Assembly: GCA_002104905.1 (NCBI GenBank)
Contig: MCFE01000262.1
Span: 44,602 to 108,601, forward strand
DNA length: 64,000 bases
Origin: Basidiobolus meristosporus CBS 931.73
Lineage: Eukaryota > Fungi > Basidiobolomycota
Direction: 5' to 3'
Shown here: piece after piece, positions 12,901-24,843 of the stretch
Numbering within the stretch: the first letter of the stretch is position 1
How the letters are laid out: each line of letters begins with the position of its first letter
The notes under the pieces: model-generated
Told to the model about the DNA's origin: nothing
Database searches by the model: none
The model's input: only the letters and a program-made list of their open reading frames with translations
Program-made: the position numbers and the translations under genes

Positions 12901-14445
12901 GATGAGGACATGTATATGGACCAGCCTGATGGGTTTGTTGGCCAAGATAACCCCCATTTGGTCTGCAAGCTTAAAAAGTCACTATATGGTCTCAAACAAT
13001 CACCAAGAGCCTGGAATTGCAAGATAGATTCTTATTTGGAATCCTTGAATTTCAAAAGAAGTAATGCTGACTATAGTATATACTATAAGCCAGATAGAGC
13101 AAATCCAGTTCTATTAGCTCTATATGTGGATGATCTTATTATAGCCACCAATAACCTAGAAACATTGGAAGAGACTAAATCCAGCCTATCTAATGAGTTC
13201 AAGATGTCTGATTTAGGAGAACTTAGTTACTACTTAGGGATTAAGTTCTCCATAGACAGAAGTACCCAGACTATTACCCTAAGCCAATCCAAGTATATTC
13301 AAGATATACTAAAGAAGTACATAATGGAGGACTGTAAACCGGCAGCTACCCCAATGGAGACAAACCTTAACTTGGTCAAAACTCAACCAAATCAAGAGAG
13401 CTTGGTGCCATCTGAAAGCCCTGACTTTCCTTATCAATCTATGGTCGGCAGTCTGATGTATATCATGCTTGGAACATGTCCAGATATCTCATATTCAGTG
13501 GGAGTTGTCAGCCAACATAATCAGAACTATGGATCTGATCATATTGCAGCAGCTAAGCGGATTTTTAGATACCTAAAAGGAACTGCTAATATTTGCTTAA
13601 GATACACTTATAAGGACTCAGAACAAGATCTTGTGGGATACTCTGATGCAGATTGGGGACAAAATTTAGAAGACAGAAGATCCACCACAGGAAACACCTT
13701 TCTCTACTGTAAAGGAGCAATTTCATGGAACTCAAGAAAGCAACCAAATATAGCACTCTCTCCCACAGAGGCAGTGTATATGGCAGCCTGTGAAGCTACA
13801 AAAGAAGCAATGTGGTTAAGAAAGCTTTTTACAGATTTAGGCCAATGTCAAAAAATGCCTATTACTTTGTTTTAAGATAATCAAGGATGTATAAAATTAG
13901 GCAGAAATCCAACATTTCATGCTAGAACCAAGCACATAGATGTTAGACATCACTTCATACCTGAAGCTATAGAAAATAACTTAGTTAGCTTAGTTTACTG
14001 TCCTACAGATGAAATGATTGCAGACATATCTACCAAAACATTAGCTAGAGACAAGTTTGAATATCTTAGGTCAAAATTGGGACTAGTCAGTATGAACATT
14101 TAGTTGAGTGGGAGTGTTGTAAAAATTTGTAATTCCACCAAAATATTCACCTAACTTAGTCACTTAGATCATTACATCCAGGCCCTAGAGAATACTGACC
14201 AAATTCCTTGATGGGATTTACTTACAATATTTACCCAAAACATGAAAATTAGATAAGTTGTCCAAACAGCCCAAACTTTGCACACATGCTCTTGGGAGCC
14301 TCCTAAGCCTATTCTATGTGTTTGATATGTCAAGACCATGTAAAAGTGTAAGTACTACTTTTGCATTCAATAAATCATTAAGTGAGAACCACATAATCTA
14401 CTTGTTCTCCCAATCACTTTCAATATCTCCAGGACTCTTACAACA
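9990..14445 (+). mobile_element. Copia element E, tandem to D: partial 5' LTR 9990-10128, PBS 10129-10140, gag-pol, PPT, 3' LTR 14115-14445
   Basis: Long pol ORFs (10511-11581, 11611-12195, 12241-13875) with RT ALYVDDLII and RNase H. PBS GGCTATGAGCCC. LTR TGTTG...CAACA. Confidence 0.95.
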
Positions 14446-15285
14446 AAAGGACCATTTGAACACCATTAAGTTTATATACCTATATTATTATATTATGCCT
14501 AGAGAAGCCTGCAATGCTCCTAAAGGCTGGTGTATCTCCAGTGCAGACAATGACATGGGCTTTGACTTGGCAGTCACTCACTAGCATCCTGCTTAATAGC
14601 TACTGAAATTCATCTAGTAATGAATGTTGATAGTTATCCAAGATGTATAGTGTTTGGGGACTAGATGCCTAAAGGTATATATCTTTAGGCTCAAATGATA
14701 GAAGTATAACCAGTACTTAGGGAGTTGATAGAAAGATGACCATCAAAATCTCAAAGTTTAAGCCAGTTGTTGGCAACATATGCATGTAAACTTATTAAAG
14801 TCCCAATGTGTTCTCTAGTGAGCCATGAGCCAATTTGCTCCAGGTGAAATTCCCGTGAAATGTTTGTACAACGCCCCTATGAGTGAGAACCTACGCTCAA
14901 ATACATAAGATTACCAAACTTCGTGTTTATGTACTTTGAATACCTGGCGTGTTAATTGGCTACGTTGCAACGAGATATGGAAGATGTGTCAAGTGTCAGT
15001 ACCCGTTCACTGCACCCCTGTTTCTCATAAGAAATGTGGAGAGATTGTAGTGGATCCGGTGGCTGACAATGAAAATCAGGAATGAGCCGACGCTTCTGTC
15101 ACATGTAAGTGCATTGCCCATTGCTATCAAACTCCAAGATAAAGGGACAAAATGGGAGATTGCATGTGGATTTTGACACTTCATCCACCCATTCCGAACA
15201 TAGCTTAGACCAACGGTACGGTAGTCTTGATTGGTCGGGGTTGGGCAATGATTCAGTGGCTGGCATTTTAACCCACTCAGACCTA

Positions 15286-15329
15286 TCTCCACCTCGCTTT
15301 GTCCTTCTCTCCACCTCGCTTTGTCCTTC
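15286..15329 (+). repeat. 22-bp tandem duplication in the GATA 5' UTR/promoter
   Basis: TCTCCACCTCGCTTTGTCCTTC x2. Confidence 0.85.
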
Positions 15330-15361
15330 TCTCCCCCGACCTATTTCTTTCAAGGCATTCC

Positions 15362-16605
15362 ATGGCACCCATCCTACTGAAAATCAAGGGAAGACACTCC
15401 TTCTCTTCCTTCACCAAACTTGCTTCCGAGGAGGAGCTCCAGAAAACTTGGAGAGTGTGCACCCAAGCCAGAGACTCCCTGGAGAACGGCTGTCGACTGG
15501 AAAACCTCTCTTGGCGGCTTTGGCACCTGCACAAGAAGCTGGTGGTGGGCCAGGGGATGTGGAAGCCCCAGCTCAAGAGGATCACCTTCGAGGCGGCCAC
15601 GAGACTCGACCTTGACAACATCTCGAGACAAAACTCGTTGCAAGTTGAACTTGACGCGAACGACAGTTCCCGGTTGGAGGGCTCGCCTCCCCTAATGGCC
15701 ACTTCACCACAAGACAAGTCACCTGATATCTCGGTGCGGGACCCCACCACTCTCCAGCTGGTAGCTGATACCATGCGTTGCCCGACTCAACTGGCTAACC
15801 TCGAGGAGATATTGGGGGCCTATACCACCTCTGCTCTGATGAGCACTCAACAGTATACGGGGCCAAGCACCAACGCCGTATCCATATCCCAATTTGCTCC
15901 TGTAAGCATCTACGATCAATGGTGCGAAGGAACCGTCCCCTCATCTAGCCATCGCTCCTCTCTATCCACCATGCTTTCCGTCACGGGGGTACAGGCCAAG
16001 GCCCTCCTCCCGTCCCCAAATGAACCTCAGCGACCTCCCCTCTCGGCCAGCTCCAGCTCCAGCTCGTGTGTTTCCGCCGTCAGTACCGAGACGAAGCTCG
16101 AATGTCAGAATTGTGGAGTGACCTCGACCCCGCTTTGGAGACGCTCGACACGTGACGAGCTTCTCTGCAACGCCTGTGGACTGTAGTGAGTGTTGGGCCA
16201 CTTCAGAGAGAATTTCCCTGCCGGACTAACAGAGTTGTTTGATGTAGTCTGAAACTCCACAACATGGCCCGACCCAAGAACATGAAATCCCATGTTGCGC
16301 GTAAGGATTCCCGACACGAAGACTCGGGAACCCCGGTGTGCTCGAACTGCGCGACCACAACCACATCTCTGTGGCGACGGGATGGGGATGGGCTGCCGCT
16401 GTGCAACGCTTGCGGGTTATAGTGAGTTCCTCCAGCATAGTCATCGTGAGTTGAATGGGCGCTGACCTCGATGTTGATCAGTTTGAAGCTGCATCACCAG
16501 AAACGACCGCTCTCGATGAAGACCGACGTGATCAAGAAGCGGCAGCGATACGAAGGTGGGCAGACCACGAACCGGGGCCCCAAAAACCCCTCCTCTGGGC
16601 TGTGA
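15362..16605 (+). CDS. GATA transcription factor with N-terminal DUF1752-like domain and two C-X2-C-X17-C-X2-C fingers (introns 16186-16247, 16422-16481)
   Basis: N-terminus [10 protein letters not shown]...[25 protein letters not shown]. Fingers [14 protein letters not shown]...CNACGLY and [14 protein letters not shown]...CNACGLY. Basic tail [19 protein letters not shown] introns with branch sites. Confidence 0.92.
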
Positions 16606-16718
16606 ACAGAAAGGAGAAATGCACCGACTCGCAGATATGAAGGCTTTAATAGTTTAATTCGCGCATTCGTCTATTACATTAACTACCATTACGAAGGAAG
16701 CGAGACACCTGATCTAAT

Positions 16719-16877
16719 CTATATCGAGCCCGAGAAGTGCTTGGGCAACACCGAGGTTCGGTCGTATTCATCCGACGAGTGGGTCAGGTAAATCTTCTCG
16801 AACCTGCTGAAACGCACCGCCTTCTTGAGCTTGGCGTTTGCTGGGCCGCAACTGGCCATCGAAGTGGATATCGGCAT
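16719..16877 (-). CDS. 52-aa microprotein with a PP1-docking RVxF-phi-phi-R string
   Basis: My translation: MPISTSMASCGPANAKLKKAVRFSRFEKIYLTHSSDEYDRTSVLPKHFSGSI*. KKAVRFS...IYLTHSSDEYDR parallels spinophilin/neurabin [23 protein letters not shown]. Below the 60-aa cutoff of the ORF track. Confidence 0.7.
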   Translation of the reverse strand: MPISTSMASCGPANAKLKKAVRFSRFEKIYLTHSSDEYDRTSVLPKHFSGSI

Positions 16878-17370
16878 GAAGTATCTTATCTTGCGAATAA
16901 CACGGGTGCAACCGTCGCCTTGCCGTGACGAGGCTCACAAGTGGATTGAGTTCAGAAGCCTCCCTTGGTTCAACGAAGCGGGACAGGTAGGGGAGGTTAA
17001 TAGAGGCGGAATGACGGAAAGACAAAGATGTCTAGTCAGGCGGTCGACGGTTACGCGTTATACTTTATACAAGCGGACCTTGACTCCGTCCACCAGGAAT
17101 TCCCCGATGACCCCTAGGTTCAAAAACAACTTTGAAACAAGCGGGATGAGCTGGGTGGTGCTTGGACTATATGCTTTTATCTGGCGAGTCGTTTCGCCAG
17201 GCGGATGCGCGCCCAAATAACCGCCAATATGGGGATTTAATGGAGGATTGCATACATTCCACATGCCTGAATAAACTTTGCTTATAGGGCGATTTGGTCC
17301 ATCCTTGATGACATCTACACACCGTGTATACAGGGCGCATCAGCAGGCATATGAAAGTCGTAGTGTAGGA

Positions 17371-17390
17371 TTAGGGTTAGGGTTAGGGTT
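17371..17390 (+). promoter_or_regulatory. (TTAGGG)3 telo-box in the divergent promoter of the microprotein and FAD synthase
   Basis: TTAGGGTTAGGGTTAGGGTT, intergenic. Regulatory role is inferred. Confidence 0.5.
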
Positions 17391-17817
17391 GGTCCGGCGC
17401 TGACATGTGACAGTCGGAACCGGTTGGAACCTGGCACTGTCCCTAAAACCCCGATCAGTTACTATTGGAACGGGGCTAATGAATGGATGCTGGTTTGGAG
17501 TGCTTGGTAGCTAGAAGAGCCTCAAGACTTGCGCCAGGTGGGTAGGCATGTGTGACCGGAAATAGCAACAATCCCACGTTTGTAAGCAACATTAACTACC
17601 AATCACCTGCCACTGCCATACACGGTCATCAGCCATTCGTTCCGTTGGTTCTAGTACACAAGCCGAGAGTATTCTATACCGTATAAAAAATTGTTTCGCA
17701 CCGCTATAATAGGATTTGAGGGTGGATGGGTCTTGTTGTTTTAGAGGTGCGGTTTGTTCGGTTTCGCCTCAACTCAGCACAACTTGGCAGCAACTGTGGC
17801 CCACGCATACGTTGAAT

Positions 17818-18772
17818 ATGGTCGAGCTCAAACAGGTTCCTTCAAGCACCCCCGAGCGCTACTTGAATGGCGGGGGTAGGTTCGACTTCGAAGTGGTTTA
17901 CAACAAAGTCTACGAGGCAAGCAAGCGCCCCACTCCTCTGGGCCAGCAGGTACAAAAGGCACTCCAGGTGATAGAGAGGGCCTTGGTGTTATATGGGTAT
18001 GTTGGATTTCACCTTCACCTAAATCTCCTGTGTTCCCTTGCTAAGCACCTAGAAGACTGGAAGGCTTGGCCATTAGCTTCAATGGAGGAAAGGATTGCAC
18101 GGTACTTCTTCATTTGCTAGCAGCAGCTATCTATAGCCAGCACCTGGAAAAGGGAGGGACCGCCAGCGATTTCCCCAAAAGGGCTATTCAGTCGATATAC
18201 ATCAGAACACCGCAGCCGTTCGTTGAAGTGGAGGATTTCGTGAAGCTGTGTGTGGACTGGTATGGGCTAGATCTCCTCAGCACCTCAGGCCCAATGAAGG
18301 CAGGCCTACAGTACTATTTAGAGCAAAGACCAAAGATCCAAGGAGTGTTGGTCGGAACCAGGCGAACCGATCCGCATGGAGGTATTGGGCAGTTTGTTAG
18401 CGAATCTTTGGAATTGTGCTAAGGATATTGTTACTTCCCGTGGCAGCTAAATTGGCCCACTTCCTACCTACCGATCCGGGATGGCCTACGATGATGAGAA
18501 TCCATCCTATCATCGATTGGAACTACCCGGATATTTGGGATTTCCTGCTAAAACTGGATGTCCCATACTGCCCGCTCTACGAATACGGGTAAGACAAAGG
18601 ATGGTCGCACTTGTCCTGGGAGATCCTAACCTTTTTCGTCCGTAGCTATACCTCGCTGGGCTGCGTCAACAATACCCTCCCCAACCCCAGCCTGAAGAAC
18701 GATGATGTTCCTTGCGGGTTCAGCCCCGCCTGGATGCTGCTGCACGGCCACCAAGAGCGTGATGGGCGTTAG
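17818..18772 (+). CDS. FAD1: FAD synthase (FMN adenylyltransferase, PAPS-reductase fold), 4 exons
   Basis: [51 protein letters not shown], joined across GT-AG introns. Confidence 0.93.
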
Positions 18773-19084
18773 AATCCCGCAGCATCACACCCATACCTAC
18801 ACCCACACTCACACCCACACTCCTAGAAGTTGTATTATAAATGTTTGCTTGGATGAGAATAAATCGGTCCGCGGATCATGTGATCCCCTTGCTGGCCAAC
18901 CTCATTGGCAAAGGGATGTCTGATTCATAATTGCTGTTACTAAAAGATACCTAGTGTCACTAGCCGACATTTACCCTTATTTCCAAAATCATCCCAATTC
19001 AACCGAGGTTGGAATTTCCAAAGGGAAAGTTGAATTTTTCTTTTCTCCCGTTTCCCAAGTGGATTATCACTCTACTCCCTCGCC

Positions 19085-21275
19085 ATGATCACCTCCAACG
19101 ACGCAACCGAACTAGACCTGCTCCTGAGCCAGACGAAAGACATCCTTGTGCAGTGTAGGTCACTTTCTCTGCGAGAGAGGTGGGCCCAGGTTTACTGACC
19201 GCGGTTTCCTTCTTCCAGATGTCAACCAATGCCAACAGGAGAACACCCAAGTTGTTGAGCACCTGTGTCCCGAAGAGCTGGTGAAGGTGTTCGATTTCGG
19301 TTTAGAAAAGGATGGGGTCGGCCGCGATGGAATCCTAGACACCATCCAAGGCATGCTCAAATACAGGTGAGGCTCGTTACGGCCAGTTTCCCTCTTCCCC
19401 ATGCCAAGAAACTGCTTTCCAACGCTGACCCATTCTTGTCGTTTGCAGCGTGCGCTCGTGGAATAGCAAATTCATTGACAAGCTTTACTCTGGAACGGAT
19501 CCTATAGGTATTGGGCGAAGTGATTAGGTGTGGTTCGATGGCACTAAGCTCGACCCTTTACTAGGCGTTGTTAGCGAGCTGATGCTTGGAATTCTGAATT
19601 CCAATAACCATGTGTACCACGTCTCCCCAGTCACCACCATGATGGAAATCAAAACTGCGGAAAGAATGGCCGAATTGGTCGGCTTCAAGGTAAGAGGAGT
19701 TGGTTTGGGTTGGCAGAATCTCGAGGCTGTCCCACTCACGGCTCATATTCCTCTAGGGGGGCCGCGGCATCACCTGTCCAGGAGGTTCGGCTTCGAATCA
19801 GCTCGCAGTGATCACGGCAAGAAACCGGAAGTTTCCTCACATCAAGACGGTACATAACCTTAGCCTGGCATGCATCTGATCCGAGCCTGATCTGATGTAA
19901 ACTTCATTTAGGAGGGTTCCCGTCGCGGAGAAATCTTGACCATGTTCACGTCCACCCACAGTCACTATTCGCTGGAGAAGGCGGCCATCATGATCGGCAT
20001 TGGAATCAACAATCTCATCAAGGTACCCTGTACGGAAGACGGGGCCATGATTCCCGAGGAGCTTGGTAAAGTGCACTGAGCCTACTCGCCTACTCACCCG
20101 TGATGACTTACCGCCTCTTTAGAGAAATCCATCCAGGAATCCATTGCCCGTGGGGAATCGCCCTTCTTTGTCAACGCCACCGCCGGCACCACCGTACTGG
20201 TATGGCAGCAGTTCAGCACACCTAGTCGCCAGCGATGAGCTAAGTTGAATTCATGTAGGGGGCATTTGATCCTTTGAGGCCAATCGGAGCCGTATGTCAG
20301 AAATACGATCTGTGGTTCCATGTGGATGGAAGCTGGGGAGGATCGGTGATGTTTTCGGAGAAGCTCCGGTATTTGATCGATGGATCTGAATTGGTACTTG
20401 TTGAAGCAATGGTTCTTGGCCGCACCAGGGCTAACCGAACTTGGTAACTCTAGGCCGATTCCTACACCATCAACCCTCAGAAAATGTTGGGCGTTCCCCT
20501 GCAATGCTCCTACCTGCTCACCAAAGACCCGTTTGTGTTACAGAAGTACAATTCACTCAACGCGGGGTATCTGTTCCATGGTGAGAATTACGATCTTGGA
20601 GATGGCACCGTCGGTTGCGGACGTCGACCAGACGCAGTGAAAATGTTCATGGCATGGAAGTACAACGGGTCACAGGTTCGATGGATATCCGGAGGGATAG
20701 TGGATGCGTCGTTCCAAGTGCTAACTGGGAATTTTTGTATAGGGCTTTGAGAGTAGAGTGGATCGTGGATTTGAGCTGGCTCAATACATGTATCGTAAGA
20801 TTACCGAGAATCCACGGTTCCGAATGGTCAGGAAGCCAGCAAGTCTCAACGTCTGTTTCTGGTAAGTCAACCTACCATCGTCTCATCTTAGCCAAGCCCA
20901 GCACCGACAACCATGGATGCTAGGTATATTCCGGAATCGCTTGATCTGTCATTAGAGAGCACCAACCCAGACCTGTTCCATAGCTACCTGGCTCGGGTAA
21001 CTAAGGAGGTCCACGGGGATATACGAAGATCAGGAAAATACATGGTAAGAAATGCTTTAGGAAGTTACTTGAATGCACAGGAGATTAAATTTGCCTTGCA
21101 GTTTGACTATGCACCCATCCATTACCCCAAACCACTACCTGTCTTCTTCAGGATCATCACCCATCCACGTTTGACATTCCAGGATTTGGACCAGATGCTT
21201 GAGGATATCTCCACTGCGGGGGAGCGCCTCTTCGAAGAGTTTGAGGATGACAGCGCCAGTGTCCAGAGTCGTTAG
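19085..21275 (+). CDS. Group II PLP-dependent decarboxylase (GAD/CSAD/GADL1-like), about 11 exons
   Basis: FIDKLYSGTDPIG, HVYHVSPVTTMME, CPGGSASN, SHYSLEKAA, VNATAGTTVLGAFDP, WFHVDGSWGG, PLP-lysine motif NPQK, GCGRRPDAVK. Confidence 0.92.
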
Positions 21276-21900
21276 ATATTGGTTTTGTTCTCCCTGCCAT
21301 AACACAGCGTCTATACCCTGAAATAAAGAAACGCGAACGAAACACATCAATTAAAGAATCAGCTGATCTAGCGCAAGGTGGAACAAGACGTTGGTGGAAT
21401 GCACCTCTGATTATTCCACCTCAGTTCCACCGACAGGGGAACAATGGGAAAGCGCACCGATCGTCGACCCATTCCACCAATGTCTGATTCCACCCCCTGC
21501 CCTGTTAAACAAATAGTCAGCGGTGCTTGTATACCGATTTCAATGAGCTGTCACATTGCGACGTTTGGCACGAATCGTGGGAACATAGCCACACTATCAA
21601 TGGGCATCAGGGTAGTATGACCATCAACATCAAGCATGAACGTCAATGAGATCAAGTTACAGGCAGGCCAAATAAAGTCATGATTCTCACCTACGTGTAT
21701 ACCAATCCCGCACTTCGCGGAGATACCAACCACTGTGAGAGAACTGGGCTATCACTGGTCCAATCTCACGTCTCATCTGAAGGGGAAAATGGTGGAATAT
21801 GGGCGACAAGATCTCTGAGATGTTCATAAAAGAGAATTTTCCCCCTACATTCGGCATTATATTCGGTTGCCTTTCTTCACTTCACCCCACCTGCTGAACG

Positions 21901-23298
21901 ATGAACTCCTTCGCTATCCTTGGTAAACGCCTCGCTTCCTCTGCCATGGTCCTCAAGTCGGTGAAGCCCGCCTTTGCTTCTCAACCCATCAGGTAACTGC
22001 CATCAAAAAGATTCTCTTGTGGTCGAGTGGGCACTGATCTGTGGTTTGTAGACACTTCTCCCAAACCCAAAAGGCACTTGACCAGCCCACGAATCTCTTC
22101 AGCTTTACTGAGGAAGAGCAGATGTTCCGGGACGTTGGTAAGTATCCAATGGGACTTGCATAATCGACTGGGATTAACCAACCATATTTGACCATCAGTC
22201 GCCAGATACGCCACCGAAAAGGTGCTTCCCAAAGTATCGGAAATGGATGAGAAAGAGTTCATGTACCCCGAAATCATTCAAGGCCTTTTCGACAATGGCT
22301 TGATGGGTGTGGAGGTGGATTCGGAGTACGGCGGTGCCGGTGGCTCCTTCGTTTCCGCCATCACCGTTGTTGAAGAGTTGGCCAAGATTGACCCGTCCGT
22401 CAGTGCCATGTGCGACATTCACAACACTTTGGTGAACCGCACTGTTAGTGACTACGCCCCCAAGGAGCTCAAGGAGAAGTATCTCACTAGATTGGCTACC
22501 GATACCGTTGGATCGTTCTGCCTCACTGAGGCTGGATCTGGCAGTGATGCTTTCGCTCTAGCCACACGTGCCGAGGATCGAGGTGATCACTATGTGCTGA
22601 ATGGATCCAAGATGTGGATCTCCAATTCAGCCGAAGCAGGGATCTTTGTGGTGTTTGCCAATGTGGACCCATCCAAGGGATACAAAGGAATCACCTGCTT
22701 TATGGTTGAGCGCGAGATGGGAGTTGAGATCGCCAAGAAGGAGCTGAAGCTTGGTATCCGTGCCTCTTCTACATGCGTCCTGAATTTCGACAATGTCAAG
22801 GTGCCCAAGGAGAACGTGATTGGAGAAGTCGGTAAAGGATACAAGTACGCAATTGATGTGTTGAATGAGGGGCGTATTGGTATCGCCGCCCAGATGGTTG
22901 GTCTTGCCCAAGGAGTGTTCAATGTGACCATGCCATACCTGTTCCAACGCAAGCAATTCGGCCAGCCCATTGGCCATTTCCAGGGCATGCAATTCCAGTA
23001 CGCACAGATCGCCACGGAAATCGAATGCGCTCGTCTGTTGACTTACAACACCGCGAGAATGAGAGAGCAAGGGCTGGACTTTGTCAAAGAAGCAGCTATG
23101 GCCAAGCTCTACGCCTGCCAGGTTGCTGAAAGAGCCGCCTCCAAGTGTGTCGAATGGATGGGTGGTATCGGATTCACCCGTGAGTTCCCAGCCGAAAAGT
23201 TCCTTCGTGATAGTAAGATCGGATCCATCTACGAAGGTACTAGTAACATTCAATTGCAAACAATCGCCAAAGCCCTGGTCAAGCAATACTCTCAATGA
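21901..23298 (+). CDS. Mitochondrial short/branched-chain acyl-CoA dehydrogenase (ACADSB-like), 3 exons
   Basis: FCLTEAGSGSDAF, NGSKMWISN, LGIRASSTC, LNEGRIGIAAQ, IYEGTSNIQ. Presequence-like N-terminus MNSFAILGKRLASS. Confidence 0.95.
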
Positions 23299-23464
23299 GG
23301 ACAAAGGCTTAGCAAATAACGCTCCCTACGAGGAGGAACCAAGCCATTACACACACACAGTAACATATGCACACATCTCATGGAATAAACACATTGTTGG
23401 TTTTGATTGCCAATTTATTCACACACTATGTTGGAGCTTTTCCCACTAAGCAGACAACTTCAAT

Positions 23465-23833
23465 CTAGCATTTGACCAGGGTTTTATCTTTAAATGACGT
23501 GGAGCAAAAACGGCGAGATATCCGGCGAGACAAGGTTCGAACCGGCGGGTAGTGCTTGGGGAAGAGCGGTCGATAGCAAGTGCTTCTTTTGTGCAACTTG
23601 ATTGTGTACGGGAACTGCTCTCTTGAGAGCAAATCCTTGGAGACGTAGGAGGGGTTACTGAATTTAACGGGGACTGTAGAACTTTGCTGTTCTTTGCGCC
23701 GACAAATCTCACTGCAATACAAGCCACCCTACGAAAATACTGAGTATATGCCCAAGGCAATGACGAAAGGACTTCCGGCACTTACCAAGGAGTTGAGATG
23801 CTTATCACAGACAATGCACCAGTCAGAGTCCAT
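23465..23833 (-). CDS. Ecl1-family (life-span regulatory factor) zinc-binding protein, about 103 aa, intron 23785-23729
   Basis: Spliced N-terminus MDSDWCIVCDKHLNSL|GGLYCSEICRRKE matches the Ecl1 W-C-x2-C...YCS-x2-C motif. Confidence 0.85.
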
Positions 23834-24197
23834 TATACAGGGAAATGGATGTGGTATTAACAGCTAAACCGTGGGCAGGCTAGAAGCAAGCGTAGGAAGG
23901 GAGGAGCCAGGGTATTTATGGAAATCCATTGATTGGCCAACTCGGCCGCAATGTATACAGCAATTAGTGTGCGTCGCAAATACCATAGTGGAAGATGCTG
24001 CTTAAGGTTTTGAAATTAAATGTGGGGTCAGTGATTTGACGATTCCTTCGCACCCAGTTGTATCATGACTGGTTTATAATATATTATCCATCAGCATGTA
24101 ATCATTCTCCAGCTGCACGATCTTCTGTCTGATAAATGCAATGTTTTATTGATACATAAGTAATGAATTCTTGTCTATGACAGAGCGATGAATATTA

Positions 24198-24653
24198 TTA
24201 TTCTGCTTTAGCCGAGGAAAGGAAATCTTTGGCGCTGATGGTGGTAGCGATCTTCTCGGTACGATGCGAAACGTAGGGCTTGAACTGCAACCAAAGAGTT
24301 GTTAGGTCCGAGAAATCTCCTCTAGGCACGAATAGCATTACCTGGCAATCGGTGAGATCGGGAACCACGTATGTGCGAACCTTGTTGTAGTCAATGATAT
24401 AGCCACCTAAAGTACCACGACTGTCAGAACTCTCTGTTGCGACCGGCAAGACTCTTCACCAACTTACCATGTTTAGTATGACGACCCATTGCTCCACTAC
24501 CCTTACCTACGATACGCTCAATTAGTACACTTCAGTTCGAATCATGCTCGAGCTGGTGAAGAATCCTGAACCTTTGTAGTAGTTATGGCCTCTCTTGGAG
24601 GTCATGGGGTCTCTTCTGGCACCACGGCATATAGCTCTAACGACTCCGAACAT
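24198..24653 (-). CDS. MRPL41: Mitochondrial ribosomal protein mL41 (yeast MrpL27-like), 4 exons
   Basis: Spliced MFGVVRAICRGARRDPMTSKRGHNYYKGKGSGAMGRHTKHGGYIIDYNKVRTYVVPDLTDCQFKPYVS. Confidence 0.9.
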
Positions 24654-24843
24654 GGTTGATACTGTTCAGGCTATTCCGAATTGGATACTTAACAATGGTA
24701 GTAAAATTTTTCAGCACAGATGTATCAGAACCAAGCCGGCACCAGAGTCAAATCGAGAAAAATCTTTTGATTGAATTTTTTCAAAATTTATAGGATCGTA
24801 CATAATAGTATATATAATATGTATAAATTTGGCCATGCCCATG

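Noticed and set aside
17818-23298. FAD synthase, decarboxylase and acyl-CoA dehydrogenase as a metabolic gene cluster
   Set aside because: All are common housekeeping families with no backbone enzyme, transporter or dedicated regulator. Only conserved synteny could support it.
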